Source of the DNA: Eledone cirrhosa
Lineage: Eukaryota
DNA length: 64,000 nt
NCBI GenBank assembly: GCA_964016885.1
Contig: OZ024750.1
Location: 25,978,001 to 26,042,000, forward strand
Direction: 5' to 3'
Position numbers and translations under genes: made by a program. Position 1 is the first letter of the stretch. Each line of letters opens with the position of its first letter. Positions 1 to 12,844 of the stretch are shown here, piece after piece. The notes under the pieces were generated by a model. The model made no database searches. It was given only the letters and a program-made list of their open reading frames with translations, and was not told the DNA's origin.

Positions 1-1417
<1,417 letters not shown>

Positions 1418-1418
1418 T

Positions 1419-1585
1419 AACGTAGGAGGTGTGGTACGGAACCAGATGGACCATAATGCACCAGAGTACTCAATACTTAGGGTAGTAGAGTGGGTAATAG
1501 GAAAATGTTTAAGCCGTTTCGACGGCTGTTTCTGGACTCCGTCGAAACGGCTTTAGCTCTGCCGTCGGGGTTAAACATTTTCCTA
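1419..1585. mobile_element. Short (TA)n-flanked PLE-end-like repeat with internal hairpin
   Basis: Copy at 63281-63455; related inverted pieces at 3060-3143 and 45495-45563; hairpin aagccgtttcgacgg...ccgtcgaaacggctt. Confidence 0.5.
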
Positions 1586-1589
1586 TATA

Positions 1590-1632
<43 letters not shown>

Positions 1633-1694
1633 GAAGAGAGAAAGTGGGTAGGACAGAGAGAGAGTAAGAAATGTGTTTGTGAGTTTGGTACCCG

Positions 1695-1702
1695 TCTATC
1701 TG

Positions 1703-1775
<73 letters not shown>
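1695..1775 (+). repeat. (TATC)n microsatellite; empty paralog of the LINE-filled site at 21648-30788
   Basis: Flanks aaatgaagagagaaag...cgtctatc and ctccaacagggggct match the flanks at 21580-21650 and 30785-30801. Confidence 0.9.
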
Positions 1776-1875
1776 TTCTCCAACAGGGGGCTGAATCACA
1801 CGGCCCCGCAAACTACTTTTCTATGGCCCTTGGTAGAACCAATATTTCAGATTCCATTATAACTGGTGAAAATAA

Positions 1876-2090
1876 GGCGGTGAGCTGGTGGAATCGTTAG
1901 CACATCTGGCGAAATACTTAGCGGTACTTCTTCGTGTTTACGTTGTTTGTTCAAATTCCGCCGATCTCATCTTTGGCTTTCATCCTTTTGGGGTCGATAA
2001 TCTAAGTACCAGTTGTGAACTGGGATCGATGTAAGCGACTGGACTCTAAACCCCAAATTTCCTGCCTTGTGCCTATAGTAGAAATAATTG
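1876..2090 (+). mobile_element. tRNA-derived SINE with Deu/Nin-like central domain
   Basis: ggcggtgagctggtggaatcg (A-box-like), gttcaaattcc (B-box-like), tttcatccttttggggtcgata...aagtaccag; five copies in window. Confidence 0.7.
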
Positions 2091-2255
2091 TAACTCGTGA
2101 AAATCATCACCCACCACAACGTTTGGCCCACTGTGCCTCTCCTCCAGGACGTAATGGCCGTTTTATGCCCTTGAGTTTGAGAGTCCTCTTCTACACACAC
2201 ACACTCATATATATGCATCCACTTTACTTTTTTTCTGTATCTGGACTAGGCCCAT

Positions 2256-2445
2256 GCTGTAGCATCAGCTTGGTAAGTTATGGGGACGTCAACAAACCAA
2301 CAAGCATTGGTGGGAGGGCAAACACAAACGCAAAGACACACACAGGCATATATATATATATACGACGAGCTCTGTTAGTTTCGCTCTATCAAATCTCCCC
2401 ACAGGGTTTGGTCAGCCCGGGCAGTGTGACTGAACCCGGAAACAT
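2256..2445 (-). mobile_element. Degenerate SINE (second family)
   Basis: Paralog of 31250-31478; body resembles an abundant octopus SINE (recognised from memory). Confidence 0.5.
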
Positions 2446-2711
2446 GTGTATATCGTATTAAATTAACAATGAAAATAAAAACAACAAAGTCAAGTTACTT
2501 TATAACTTCGTTGTTTTTAATTTGTTGTTTTTATTTTCATTGTTAATTTAATAAATAATATCTGACGCTGTATCTAAAGAATTAATTCAGCGAAACAGAG
2601 AACTTCACTATGGGTTTTACTTGATAAGATTGAGTTTTATGTACGGTAGGGACTCTACTACCAGAGGTAGACCACACTAAAAAGGGAAAAAGAATTATAT
2701 ATATGTGTGTA

Positions 2712-2771
<60 letters not shown>

Positions 2772-2855
2772 GTAGGTCCCGGGTTGAGTCGGGGATAACC
2801 ACAGTAAGTAAGGTACTCAATAAATGGCAGAGTAAAATTTTTTTATTTTATAGAA

Positions 2856-2910
2856 GGAGCTTCTACAGGACTAGTACTGTTTCATTCAGATGAAATCTTC
2901 AGGAAGCTCC
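2856..2910 (-). ncRNA. Type-I hammerhead ribozyme, one arm of a palindrome
   Basis: Minus strand: ggagcttc-CTGAAGA-t ttca tc tgaa t-GAAACAG-tactagtc-CTGTA-gaagctcc; 8-bp stem I, 4-bp stem III, GUA site. Confidence 0.85.
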
Positions 2911-2956
2911 TGAAGATTTCATCTGAATGAAACAGTACTAGTCCTGTAGAAGCTCC
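2910..2956 (+). ncRNA. Inverted second copy of the same hammerhead; 5' stem I strand imperfect
   Basis: CTGAAGA 2910-2916 ... GAAACAG tactagtc CTGTA gaagctcc. Confidence 0.65.
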
Positions 2957-2977
2957 TTCTATAAAAAAAAAAAAATA

Positions 2978-3028
<51 letters not shown>

Positions 3029-3140
3029 AACTAGTAAGACCCCTGGGGTCTTACTAGTTCCTATTACCCACTCTACTACCTCAAGTATTGAGTACTTTGG
3101 TGCGTTATGGTCCACCTGGTTCCTTACCACATTTCCTTCG

Positions 3141-3203
<63 letters not shown>

Positions 3204-3509
3204 TACATTTACGTATGTGTATAACTATACATTTATATATATGTATGTAAGCATGCATTTATGTTTAAGTGTGTGTATATGTGAGTTGATTTATATTGTT
3301 TTGGGTATGGAGAAAATTTTGACTCCAGATTTTATTACCTAGGGAGATTAACTACAACAGATGTTCCTCCTCATCAAACACCAACGCCGGCCTGTATCTA
3401 GTATACATGTGTATGTATGTATGTATGTATGTATGTATGTATGTATGTATGTATGTATGTATGTATGTATGTATGTATGTATGTTTGTATGTATGTATGT
3501 ATGTATGTA

Positions 3510-4113
3510 TCAGTCACCAGTTGGTGCTACTGGTAACATGTATCCCAGTACAACCTGTCTTATGGTCGGGTTGTTGGCGACTAAACTGGCAACCCCACCA
3601 AGGTCTCTTGGTGAGGAGGGTGACTTTGGACTTCCTGCAGGACTAAAAACAACCCTGTCAAAGGGCAAAGGCGCTCTTAAGAGTCAATGAGCATCCAAAA
3701 TCACCGGGAGAGATGAGCCCTTAGCCTTTGTCAAGGCAGAATTCTAGGAGAAAGAAAACTCTGATATAACACCTGCAACCCTGATGGTATCCAATGATGT
3801 TGACTTGTTCTTCTTTTTGGTAAATATCATCTTGGTTAAGAGAGTGGGACTGGCTTTGTGCAGTGCCTTTGCTCACTATAAAAGCTTCACAGCACAGGGA
3901 TTGCTTTATATCTGGAGACCTCTCTGCACTTGTCGTCGCATGGTACCATGGGTCCAGCACTATGTGTCAATAATTGTCAAAAGTGTAGTGTTTGTACCAG
4001 AGTTTTCAAGTCGCTGGCTGGACTAAAAAGTCACACTCGTTCAGCGCATCGTAGGGGTTCTCCTACATGGATATAAAGTAGTGGCCGTACTCGAAAACGA
4101 GTTGGCAGCCACC
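3510..4113 (+). mobile_element. ~600-bp non-coding repeat between (TATG)n tracts, likely non-autonomous LINE derivative
   Basis: Three copies (3510-4113 +, 11645-12250 -, 31705-32277 +); ggcagaattctaggagaaagaaaactctga resembles RTE-type 5' UTRs; ends in (ATGT)n. Confidence 0.5.
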
Positions 4114-4189
4114 ATGTATGTATCTATGTATGTATGTATGTATGTATGTATGTATGCGTGTGTATGTTCGTATGTATGTATAAGTATTT

Positions 4190-4575
4190 ACCCACACCTT
4201 TCATCACCATTGCTTCTTTTACTTGCCATTTCTGTTGGTGTTGTTCTTGTAACTGTTGTCATAGTTGTGTAGCCCTTATTTTCATTTTCTTTGATTTCTT
4301 TCGTTTTTTTCGTTTATCTCTCTAAGGTATTCGTTGACAAGCTACTTTTATTTATTTTTTTCGCTTTCTTCATTCAAATGCATCCACACAGGCTGTCTCA
4401 GAGACGTACAAATATGGCTTATAAATTTACCAAAGTAAAGAGCCTTCCAGCGCTCCAAAAGCTTCAAACGCCCCCTAACGACCCTTGCTCCCTAACGACC
4501 CCTTGCTCCCAAACGCCCCTCCTGGAACTCCGAAACGGCCTCGGGAGTTAATATGCCTCCCGTTGAGAACCTTTT
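4190..4575. mobile_element. MITE/hAT-like non-autonomous DNA transposon end
   Basis: Terminus gttgagaacc; related ends at 11233 (aaatgttctcaactgggggcatatg), 20105 (aaggttctcaacc) and 32690 (ttgagaacctttg). Confidence 0.45.
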
Positions 4576-5912
4576 GGTTTAGACAGATAGCATATTAGAT
4601 TGTATAATAAAAATCATCGATTTGGCTGAAGACCAAACAATTCCAATGGGGATGTAATTGTTTAAAACTAACGCAGGATAAACATATAATTTGAGCACAA
4701 TTCAAAGACACATACTTTAGGGCGACCTAGATGTAAATATATCAAGGTCACTACTCATAGAAAGTTTGTCAGGGACGAAAGAATGGAAGTGAAGTTTCTA
4801 CTGAATGAGATATAAACTGTGTATGTGAAAGGATATATGTCATTACAACATGTCATTCAGAAAAGCTCGTACCGCCTCTGCTAACCAAAACCTTTCGGAA
4901 ATTAAATAATATCCTAATTAGGAAGAAACCAAATGTAATATTTTATTATAGCTTTTCACTACTACATTAGTCCATCTCAAACCCCTCTGGAGATAATTTC
5001 CTGTTTAATAACTGTATAATTTACTGAAGTTGGGGTCTACTAATTGTATCCCTTTTCTGTTGTTGTTTAGGGTGAGGTCAGTCATAACTAAGGACACCTA
5101 TCATCAAAAACATTTCAGTCATCACAATACTAACATTTAGATGCCTTACGAACAACATTATGTGTTTTTGACTGCTTTCTTTAGCAGTTCGAGCGGCTAT
5201 AAAGAAATTGTCCGTTCCCACTTTTAATAAATATGTTAACCATTCAAATAACTTTCTAACAAATAAATACGCAGAACCAATTAGATATACCCAGATCTCA
5301 GACATTTGTATCTGTCAGGTTTTGACTCATACAAGACACTCAAATACATTTACCTCATGCATTATCCTTATTCAATAGATCATGTTATTGACATTATCTC
5401 AATAACTATATATTTTCCAAACCCAGTTAAAATAAAATTTAAAATATGGGATAACACTCAATCTGATGAAGTCTAAGCCAAGTAACATCAAATATATTAT
5501 CCAGAAATCTAATTATATAAGAAGATTAACAATTTTTTAAACAGTTACCAATTTGCATCTGCACTGATGCAAAGGCATATTGCGTAAGGCATATTGCCTA
5601 TAAGAAATATGACTTACATGGCCACAATAATATAAACTAGCATGACATATGTATTGAGAAACCGAACCGATTTGCAATACAAGACTGTTACTTATTCTAT
5701 CGACTATTCAGTAGCGGTGAAAATCACATTCGTATCAGAACATAAATGAGTGAAAATAAATGACACAAGAACATATTTTATATTGGTTAAAATAATTATC
5801 TTACCTAGGTTAATTGTTTCAATTATATAAGAATGGAGGAATTAGATTGTTCGATGAGAATATCTCTCTGGAAATGACTAATGATACCAGAAGTTGTCTT
5901 CGGTTAGAAATA

Positions 5913-6088
5913 AATAATTGTTTCTACCTTTGGCACAAGGCCAGCAATTACCTAGTGCATTACTGGTACTTTATTTTATCGACCCCGTAAGGATGAAAGG
6001 CAAAGTTAACCCCAGCGGGATTTGAATTCAGATCATAAAGGGCCGTAACTCTTTGCTGCAAAGAATGGCGCCCGACCCTATACCGATA
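5913..6088 (-). mobile_element. SINE (Deu/Nin-like family), decayed
   Basis: Reverse complement of the 1876-2090 family: ctggtactttattttatcgaccccgtaaggatgaaagg. Confidence 0.65.
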
Positions 6089-6384
6089 ATGTGTTATAAA
6101 TATGACTGAATATGAGATTGTGATCAAGTCGTCATTCCGTCGTCAATTATTCTTATTTTGTTAAGTACAATGTTATTTAATAATTTTTTAATTTCCTTTA
6201 GCTGTAATAAAATTAATAATTAATTTGTAATTTAACTGTAACATCTTTTTTTTTTTGTCTTAACCTGAAAAACAGTTCTCCACACTATATTCTAGTTCTC
6301 ACTTTTACCACTCACTTGTTCAAAATATAGCTCCTATGGCAGTGGAAAAAACTACAAAGGACACATAAGTAGAGAGACTGGAAA

Positions 6385-6690
6385 ATACAGTGGAAAAGAC
6401 AGAGGAAAAGACAGTGGAAAAGACAAAGGAAAAGACAGTGGAAAAGACAACAAAAGACACATACGTAAAATCAGCGAAAAAACCTGTGGAAAAGACAGCG
6501 GAAAAGACAGTGGAAAAGACAAAGGAAAAGACAGTGGAAAAGACAAAGGAAAAGACAGTGGAAAAGACAAAGGAAAAGACAGTGGAAAAGACAAAGGAAA
6601 AGACAAAGGAAAAGACAGTGGAAAAGACAGTGAAAAAGACAAAGGAAAAGACAAAGGAAAAGACAAAGGAAAAGAGAGCGGAAAGGACAG
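6385..6690 (+). repeat. 12-bp minisatellite GAAAAGACAGTG/GAAAAGACAAAG (reads EKTV/EKTK)
   Basis: About 20 units, frame-preserving. Confidence 0.9.
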
Positions 6691-7008
6691 AGAAGAAAAA
6701 TCTGGAAAGAAGGGAAATTAGACCACCTAAAAGATATTTCTAAAGATACAGGTGAGTTGATTGTTTTATTAACTGTTGAATGTCTATACTTAGTTTAATA
6801 AAACTGTAATATTCTCGAAAACCAAAGAAATTTTATACATACATATATATAAAAAAGAGTCAGGACCCCGACGGCTGAGCTCCGGACGTTTCGACAGCTA
6901 AATCCGAACTAAGCCACCAATATTAGAACGTGTCTGTGTGTGTGTGTGTGTGCGTGTGTGTGTGTACGTTTGTGTGTGTGTATGTGTGTGTGTGTGTGTG
7001 TGTGTGCA

Positions 7009-7054
<46 letters not shown>

Positions 7055-7240
7055 CGTGTGTGTGTCTGCGTGTCTGTGTGTGTGCGTGTATGTTTATTTA
7101 TACATTTATATAAACTAACACACTTTAAAATATTAATAAGAAAATATATGATCATGTGACTACCTGGTTGAGTTTGTTTTGTTTGGGAAGTCTGAATTTC
7201 ATGATGGGTGCATTTCGATATATTGGGTCCTACATCTATC

Positions 7241-7425
7241 TCCCACACACTGTTGACATGAAATAGCCATCTGTACATTGAGGATTTTGTTATAAATTTT
7301 ATTCTGTTATATTTTATTTTTATATTTTGTTATTGCCTCCTCCTTATTGAGGACGCCATGTTTTGTAAACTCCTCCCATTGTACATGTCCCACTTTTGAT
7401 GCCCTGGTGGCAAATAAAAGAAACA
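7241..7425 (+). mobile_element. Diverged 3'-UTR fragment of the (TATC)n-associated LINE group
   Basis: tgtcccacttttgatgccctggtggcaaataaaagaaa followed by degenerate tatc; matches the conserved 3' terminus. Confidence 0.55.
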
Positions 7426-7459
7426 TATATTTATATGTATCTATATCTCTTCAAATAAT

Positions 7460-7645
7460 TGTTTCTACTTTTGGCACAAGGCCAGCAAATACCCAGTACA
7501 TTACTGGTACTTTATTTTATCGACCTCGTAAGGATGAAAGTCAAAGTTAACCTAGGCGGGATTTGAACACAGATCATAAAGGGCCGAAACTCTTTGCTGC
7601 AAAACATGGTGTCCGACCATCTACTGATACTGCCAATCCACCGCC
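7460..7645 (-). mobile_element. SINE (Deu/Nin-like family) with 19-bp target site duplication
   Basis: TSD ctatatctcttcaaataat at 7441-7459 and 7646-7664. Confidence 0.75.
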
Positions 7646-7734
7646 CTATATCTCTTCAAATAATAAACGCAACACATATATCTCTGTGTATCTATTTAGC
7701 TGCAGTTCATTCATCCATTTTCTTACTATCTATC

Positions 7735-8265
7735 TTTCCTTGAAAGGTCGAGCGGAGGTGGCGAAGACTTACATAGCGAATTTCTGTTTTCCTCTGTATA
7801 GTGGCTATGGTAAAAGAGGTTATATGGTGGACAAGATGGAGAGGGCTGAGGACAGATGCCTTTCACTCCGGACAATTCATTCCCTTCTTTAGGTACCACT
7901 TTAGAAGGAAAATCAGAGTGGAGAGAAAGGCACTGCACCCCAGTAAATTTACTGGAATGTGGGTGAATGAAGCAAAAGTGGCCCGAGAGATTGGGCCTTC
8001 TCTGTATATAAACCTGTAGGTTGAAGAAGAGAGCAAAAGAAAGAATGGAGCACTTGCACAACACGCTCCTGGAGTTGAGGGTTGTTCAATCTACGGGGTA
8101 TAAAGTAATCCATTTGTAACGCCCCCCCCCCACCCCTGTTGGGGATTTTAATTTTTGAATTTGTGAATTTGTTAAATTTTTTTTTACACTTTCGTATGTA
8201 AAATCCCCAACGTATGTCCTTGTATTGTCCCCTTTTCTTGTGCGCACTTGTGGAAAATAAGGAAA
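7735..8265 (+). mobile_element. Tx1-clade LINE, 5'-truncated and internally deleted (subfamily B-like)
   Basis: SLKGRAEVA joined to MVKEVIWWTR...GPSLYINL; ends gtggaaaataaggaaa(tcta)n. Confidence 0.85.
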
Positions 8266-8270
8266 TCTAT

Positions 8271-8321
<51 letters not shown>

Positions 8322-8325
<4 letters not shown>

Positions 8326-9040
8326 CCAGTTCGAGACAAGCTCTACAGACATGGGCGCCCGGGCAGGGACCCTGCAAAAAAGATCTGTCCGAGGTGCGTG
8401 CGAGACGAAGAAACCGTCGCGCACGCATTCATACACTGCCCGGGCGTCACTGACCTGTGGGGCTATGTAGAACGACTATTGTCGCGGGTGGGACCGATCC
8501 AGTTGACCACCGAGTCCATTGTCATGATCAAACCGCCACCCTCCTTCAAAAACGAAGGAGAGGCGGTTTTCCTTTGTGTGATAGCTATGGCGAAAGAGGT
8601 TGTATGGTGGACAAGGTTGAAAGGGCTGAGGTCAGACACCTTTCTCTCCGGCCAACAACTGATTCTTTTTTTCAAATACCACTTTGGAAGAAGAATCAGG
8701 ATGGAGAGAGAGGTGCTGTACCCCAGCAAGTTTTATGAAAGGTGGGTGAAAGTGGCGAGAATGGCCCGAGTGAATGGGCCTTCTCTCTATATCAGCCTGT
8801 AGGTTGAGGAAAAGTAGGAGGAGAGGAAAGGAGTACAAGCTCTTCGTACTCCTGGAGATGAGGGTTGCACATTTTTTTCGGGGGTATGTGTTACCCATAT
8901 AAACTGTCTCCCTCTATTGGGGAAAATCGACTAACTTTTAAATTCCATCTGTGATAACATTTTACACGTTTTTATTGTATGTAAACTTCCCCCTTTGTAT
9001 TTGTCCCCTTCTTTTGTGCCCCTGTGGCTAATAAAGAAAT
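8322..9040 (+). mobile_element. Tx1-clade LINE, 5'-truncated copy (subfamily A)
   Basis: Near-identical to 28823-29541; flanked by (TATC)n on both sides. Confidence 0.95.
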
Positions 9041-9123
9041 ATATCTATCTATCTATCTATCGCTTTACCTATCTACCTATATATCTATCTATCTATCTAC
9101 CTATCTACCAATCTATCTATATT

Positions 9124-9440
9124 ACCGCAGCAAATTTAATAAAAGGTGGGTGAATGTTGCAAAGATTGCCCGAGTGGTTGGGCCTTCTCTCTATATAAGC
9201 CTCTAGGTTGAGGAAAAAGAGGAAGAGAGGAAGCGAGTACTCACTCTTGGTGCTCCTGGAGATGAGGGTTGTACATTTTTTCGGGGTGTGTACAACCGTG
9301 AAACACCTCCCCCCTATTGTTATTTGGATTTCAATTGTTATTTGTTGTTTTATTAATAGTTTTATTTTCATATACCTGTATGTAAACTCCCGATTTGTAT
9401 TTGTCCCCTTCTTTTGTGCCCTTGTGGCTAATAAAGTAAT
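9124..9440 (+). mobile_element. Tx1-clade LINE 3' fragment (subfamily C)
   Basis: KFNKRWVNVAKIARVVGPSLYISL*, distinct 3' UTR, same terminal motif. Confidence 0.85.
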
Positions 9441-11227
9441 TTATCTATATGTCTGTCCTGTTAGTCCGTACGTCCTTCCGTCCATTCGTCCATCCATCCA
9501 TCCCGGCTTTTTAGTGTATTGTTTATTGTCAATTACGTGCGTTGACGCTGTTAAATTAAATTTACGTAAATTCAAAAAGATTGCAAGGCACACAATGGAC
9601 CGATTAATCTTATGTCCACTAATAAATGCCGAAATATCTTACATCTTTACTGTTTTTTAAAAAGTAGGAAATATTGGTCGATAGACTACAATAGGCACGC
9701 CTAGCTAAAACAACATTATTTTATAATCTTCTCTACCTTCGCTCACTTCTCAATTTCATTTCCTTCTCTACATTTGTTTTGACTCTCACATTTCCTCTTT
9801 CTTTTTTTCTGACCCATCACGCCTTTCTTAACATCACGCCCCTCTCTTAGTCTTTGTGTGACTACTTCATTGGTTGTCTTGCAAACCTGTAACTAACTAC
9901 TTAGAATAAGCATGACATCTTCAGCTACATCTGTATATATCTGTTACTAAATCACATAAGAGAGACGAAATGTGGCTCGAGATTAGTGAGATAAAATCTC
10001 TTGTGGTGGTACCATTTGAAATAGTATAACTGTTTATACATTTTTGTGGGTTGCTCAGATGTCTAGCCACCCTATATAAGACCCGAATGTTATTGAACAT
10101 GATTGAACATTTTTGGACAAAGGTTTCAGTGTGAGAATAACATGATAGCTTGCCGTGTTCGTTTCAGGATCATCTTCTAATTCCACTGACTTCATAGTTC
10201 CACTGACTTTCAAGGAGGGCAAAGATAAAATATCTCCCATTGGAAACTTTTAGCTCGACAAAGCAGAACTATACAATGTACGTCAACTTTTGGAAGACTA
10301 TATTTTCTCTTAGGGCTTACTTTTGACTCATGTTTTCTTTTAATCATTACAGGCTTTCGATAGAAGAATATAGACGACTACAGTTTTCCGGCTGGATGAG
10401 CTACAGATATCAAAGGAAGAGTTACTTGCAACTTTAATGTGTCGCATTTCTCTTTCTATGTTTATAATATTAATAATGGAAACTATCAATATTTTAAATC
10501 CATTAAACAATAAAAAAAGTTGAGGATCAGATTCTCACATTTTTTTTTCCTTAAAAGATTGTCAAAATCAAAGAGAAATTCCCACATGACACTCTCGTCT
10601 GAATTTCTTGTTTGATGTTCAAGTTGAACATCTGTAAATCATTGTTAAAACATAACGGGATATAAAATTAGGTGGGCATTGTTCTGGACAGGAGACATTA
10701 TGGGGAAAGAACAATATTAAGAAGAAAAAAATATGAGAGTTGGCTAGGATACGAGGAATACGCATGAGGTGAAAAAGTTATGCAAATATCTAGAGCAGAA
10801 CAACAGATCATTATACTAGTGATGTAAATAGAAAGAAGAATAACAGACGGCAATTGATGTATTTTCTGGCTCTATATATGGAATTTAATGTGTGTGAAAC
10901 AATTTATTCCTGTGTTATTTCTTAGGTTTCATCAGATGTTCCAATATTTGTATCAATGTTGAAAGTCTTAAGTGTATGTTAATCATAATTAGAGAGTACA
11001 AGGTACGACATTGTGTAACAGATGTATGTAGTGACAGAATTGTTTTTTGGGGGGAGAACGTTATCCTCTTCATATTGACAGATGTTCCCCAAACCATGGA
11101 TTCACTTTATGTTGGTGTGAATTAATGGTATTGCGTACAAGTGACACATGTATGTGACAATCTAAGCAGGAGTAAAGTGTAGCAAATTTTGAGTTGCATT
11201 GTGCCTCATTAGAGGCAATAACAATGT

Positions 11228-12270
11228 AGAGCAAATGTTCTCAACTGGGGGCATATGACCCCGGGGGCGTTTCGTAGCTCCAGGGGGGGGGGGGGCGTTT
11301 TGGAGCAAGGGTGCGTGGGGAGAGGTGTTTGAAGATATAGGGGGCGCTAGGCTATTTACTTAGGTAAATTTTATAAGCCATATTTTTACGTCTCTGAGAC
11401 AGCCAATCAGAATGCATTTGAATAAAGAAAACGAAGAAAATAAATAAAAGAATCTTGTCAACCAATTCCCTCGGGAGATAAATGAAAAACGAAAGAAATC
11501 AAAGAAAATGAAAATAAGGACAACGTCAACTTTTACAACAGTTACAAGAACAACAGAATCGACAAGAAAAAGAAGCAATGGTGATGAAAGGTGTGGGTGT
11601 ATACATATACATACATAGAATCATACAAACACATGCATACATACATGGTGGCTGCCAACTCGTTTTCGAGTACGGCCACTACTTTATATCCATGTAGGAG
11701 AATCCCTACCGATGCGCTGAACAAGTGTGACTTTTTAGTCCAGCCGGCGACTTGAAAACTCTGGCACAAACACTACACCTGTGACATTTATTGACACATA
11801 GTGCTGGGCCCATGGTGCCATGCGACAAGGGCAGAGAGATCTCCAGATATAATGCAATGCCTGTGCCGTGAAGCCTTTATAGTGAGCAAAGGCACTGTAC
11901 AAAGCCAGTCCCACTCTCTTAACCAAGATGATATTTACCAAAACGAAGAACAAGTCAACATCATTGGATACCATCAGGGTTGCAGGTGTTATATCAGAGT
12001 TTTCCTTCTAGAATTCTGCCTAGACAAAGGCTAAGGGGTCATCTCTCCCGGTGATTTTGGATGGCCATTGACTCTTAAGAGCTCCTTTGCCCTTTGACGG
12101 GTTTTGTTTTTAGTCCTGCAGGATGTCCAAAGTCACCCTCCTCACCAAGAAACCTTGGTGGGGTTACCAGTTTAGTCGCCAACGACCCGACCATGAGACA
12201 GGCTGTACTGGAATACATGTTACCAGTAGCACGAACTCGTGACCTGACATACATACATACATACATACAA
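11228..12270 (-). repeat. Inverted duplicate of ~3480-4585 (TATG element plus MITE end)
   Basis: Colinear reverse-complement match including the junction between the two repeats. Confidence 0.85.
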
Positions 12271-12380
12271 TGGCGACAATCGGACATGTGTAATTACGGC
12301 TTACATGAAGGCAACATACCATATATTGGAAAAAGTTGAGCTATATTACGCAGTAAGATTACATACAATAATTCTACATA

Positions 12381-12660
12381 AGTGTTTGAACTGTAAGTGT
12401 GTTGTAAAACACCTATTTATATGAACGATACATACACTTTAACATATAAATGCAACGTTGTTATATTACATTTATAAAGAAATATACAAGTAACGTTTTC
12501 GATTCAGAAACAAAACATAGGTGTTTGAAATGTGAATATGTTGTGAATAAGTTGTAGAATACCTATTTATATGAATGATACATAAACTTTAACATATAAA
12601 TACAGCGTTGTATATTCATAAAGAAATATACTAAGTAACGGTTCTTTTTGTTCTCGATTC
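12381..12660. repeat. Diverged tandem duplication, ~140-150 bp unit, 2 copies
   Basis: acctatttatatgaa.gatacata.actttaacatataaat occurs at 12411 and 12561. Confidence 0.7.
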
Positions 12661-12844
12661 AAACGATTCAAGAACAACGTTTAAAACACAGTTGTAGAAT
12701 TAAAAACTAACTGAAAAGAAATATTACCCAAGCTGTGAATAACTTTAAATTTGATTCTGACAGAACTTTGTCGAAACTTTTAAAGAAGATCATCGACTAT
12801 TTTGAAAAATAAATACGAAATATTAGTGAATAGACGAACTCATC

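Noticed and set aside
2560-2610. tctgacgctg...cagcgaaacagag HHR-like motif
   Set aside because: Core incomplete (CTGACGC) and no stem I or NUH found; at best a decayed relic
3505-3600. HDV-like or twister ribozyme at the 5' end of the TATG element
   Set aside because: Could not assemble P1/P1.1/P2/P3 or twister pseudoknots in the required order
4624-4678. CTGAAGA with aaacaatt/aattgttt stem
   Set aside because: GAAA and stem I are missing
5463-5520. CTGATGA ... GAAAT
   Set aside because: No convincing stem I or stem II
10926-11140. Possible upstream exon ending CELMVL, reminiscent of the fucolectin-type domain end that precedes EGF repeats
   Set aside because: Needs a frameshift and similarity is too weak to support by eye; worth a TBLASTN check
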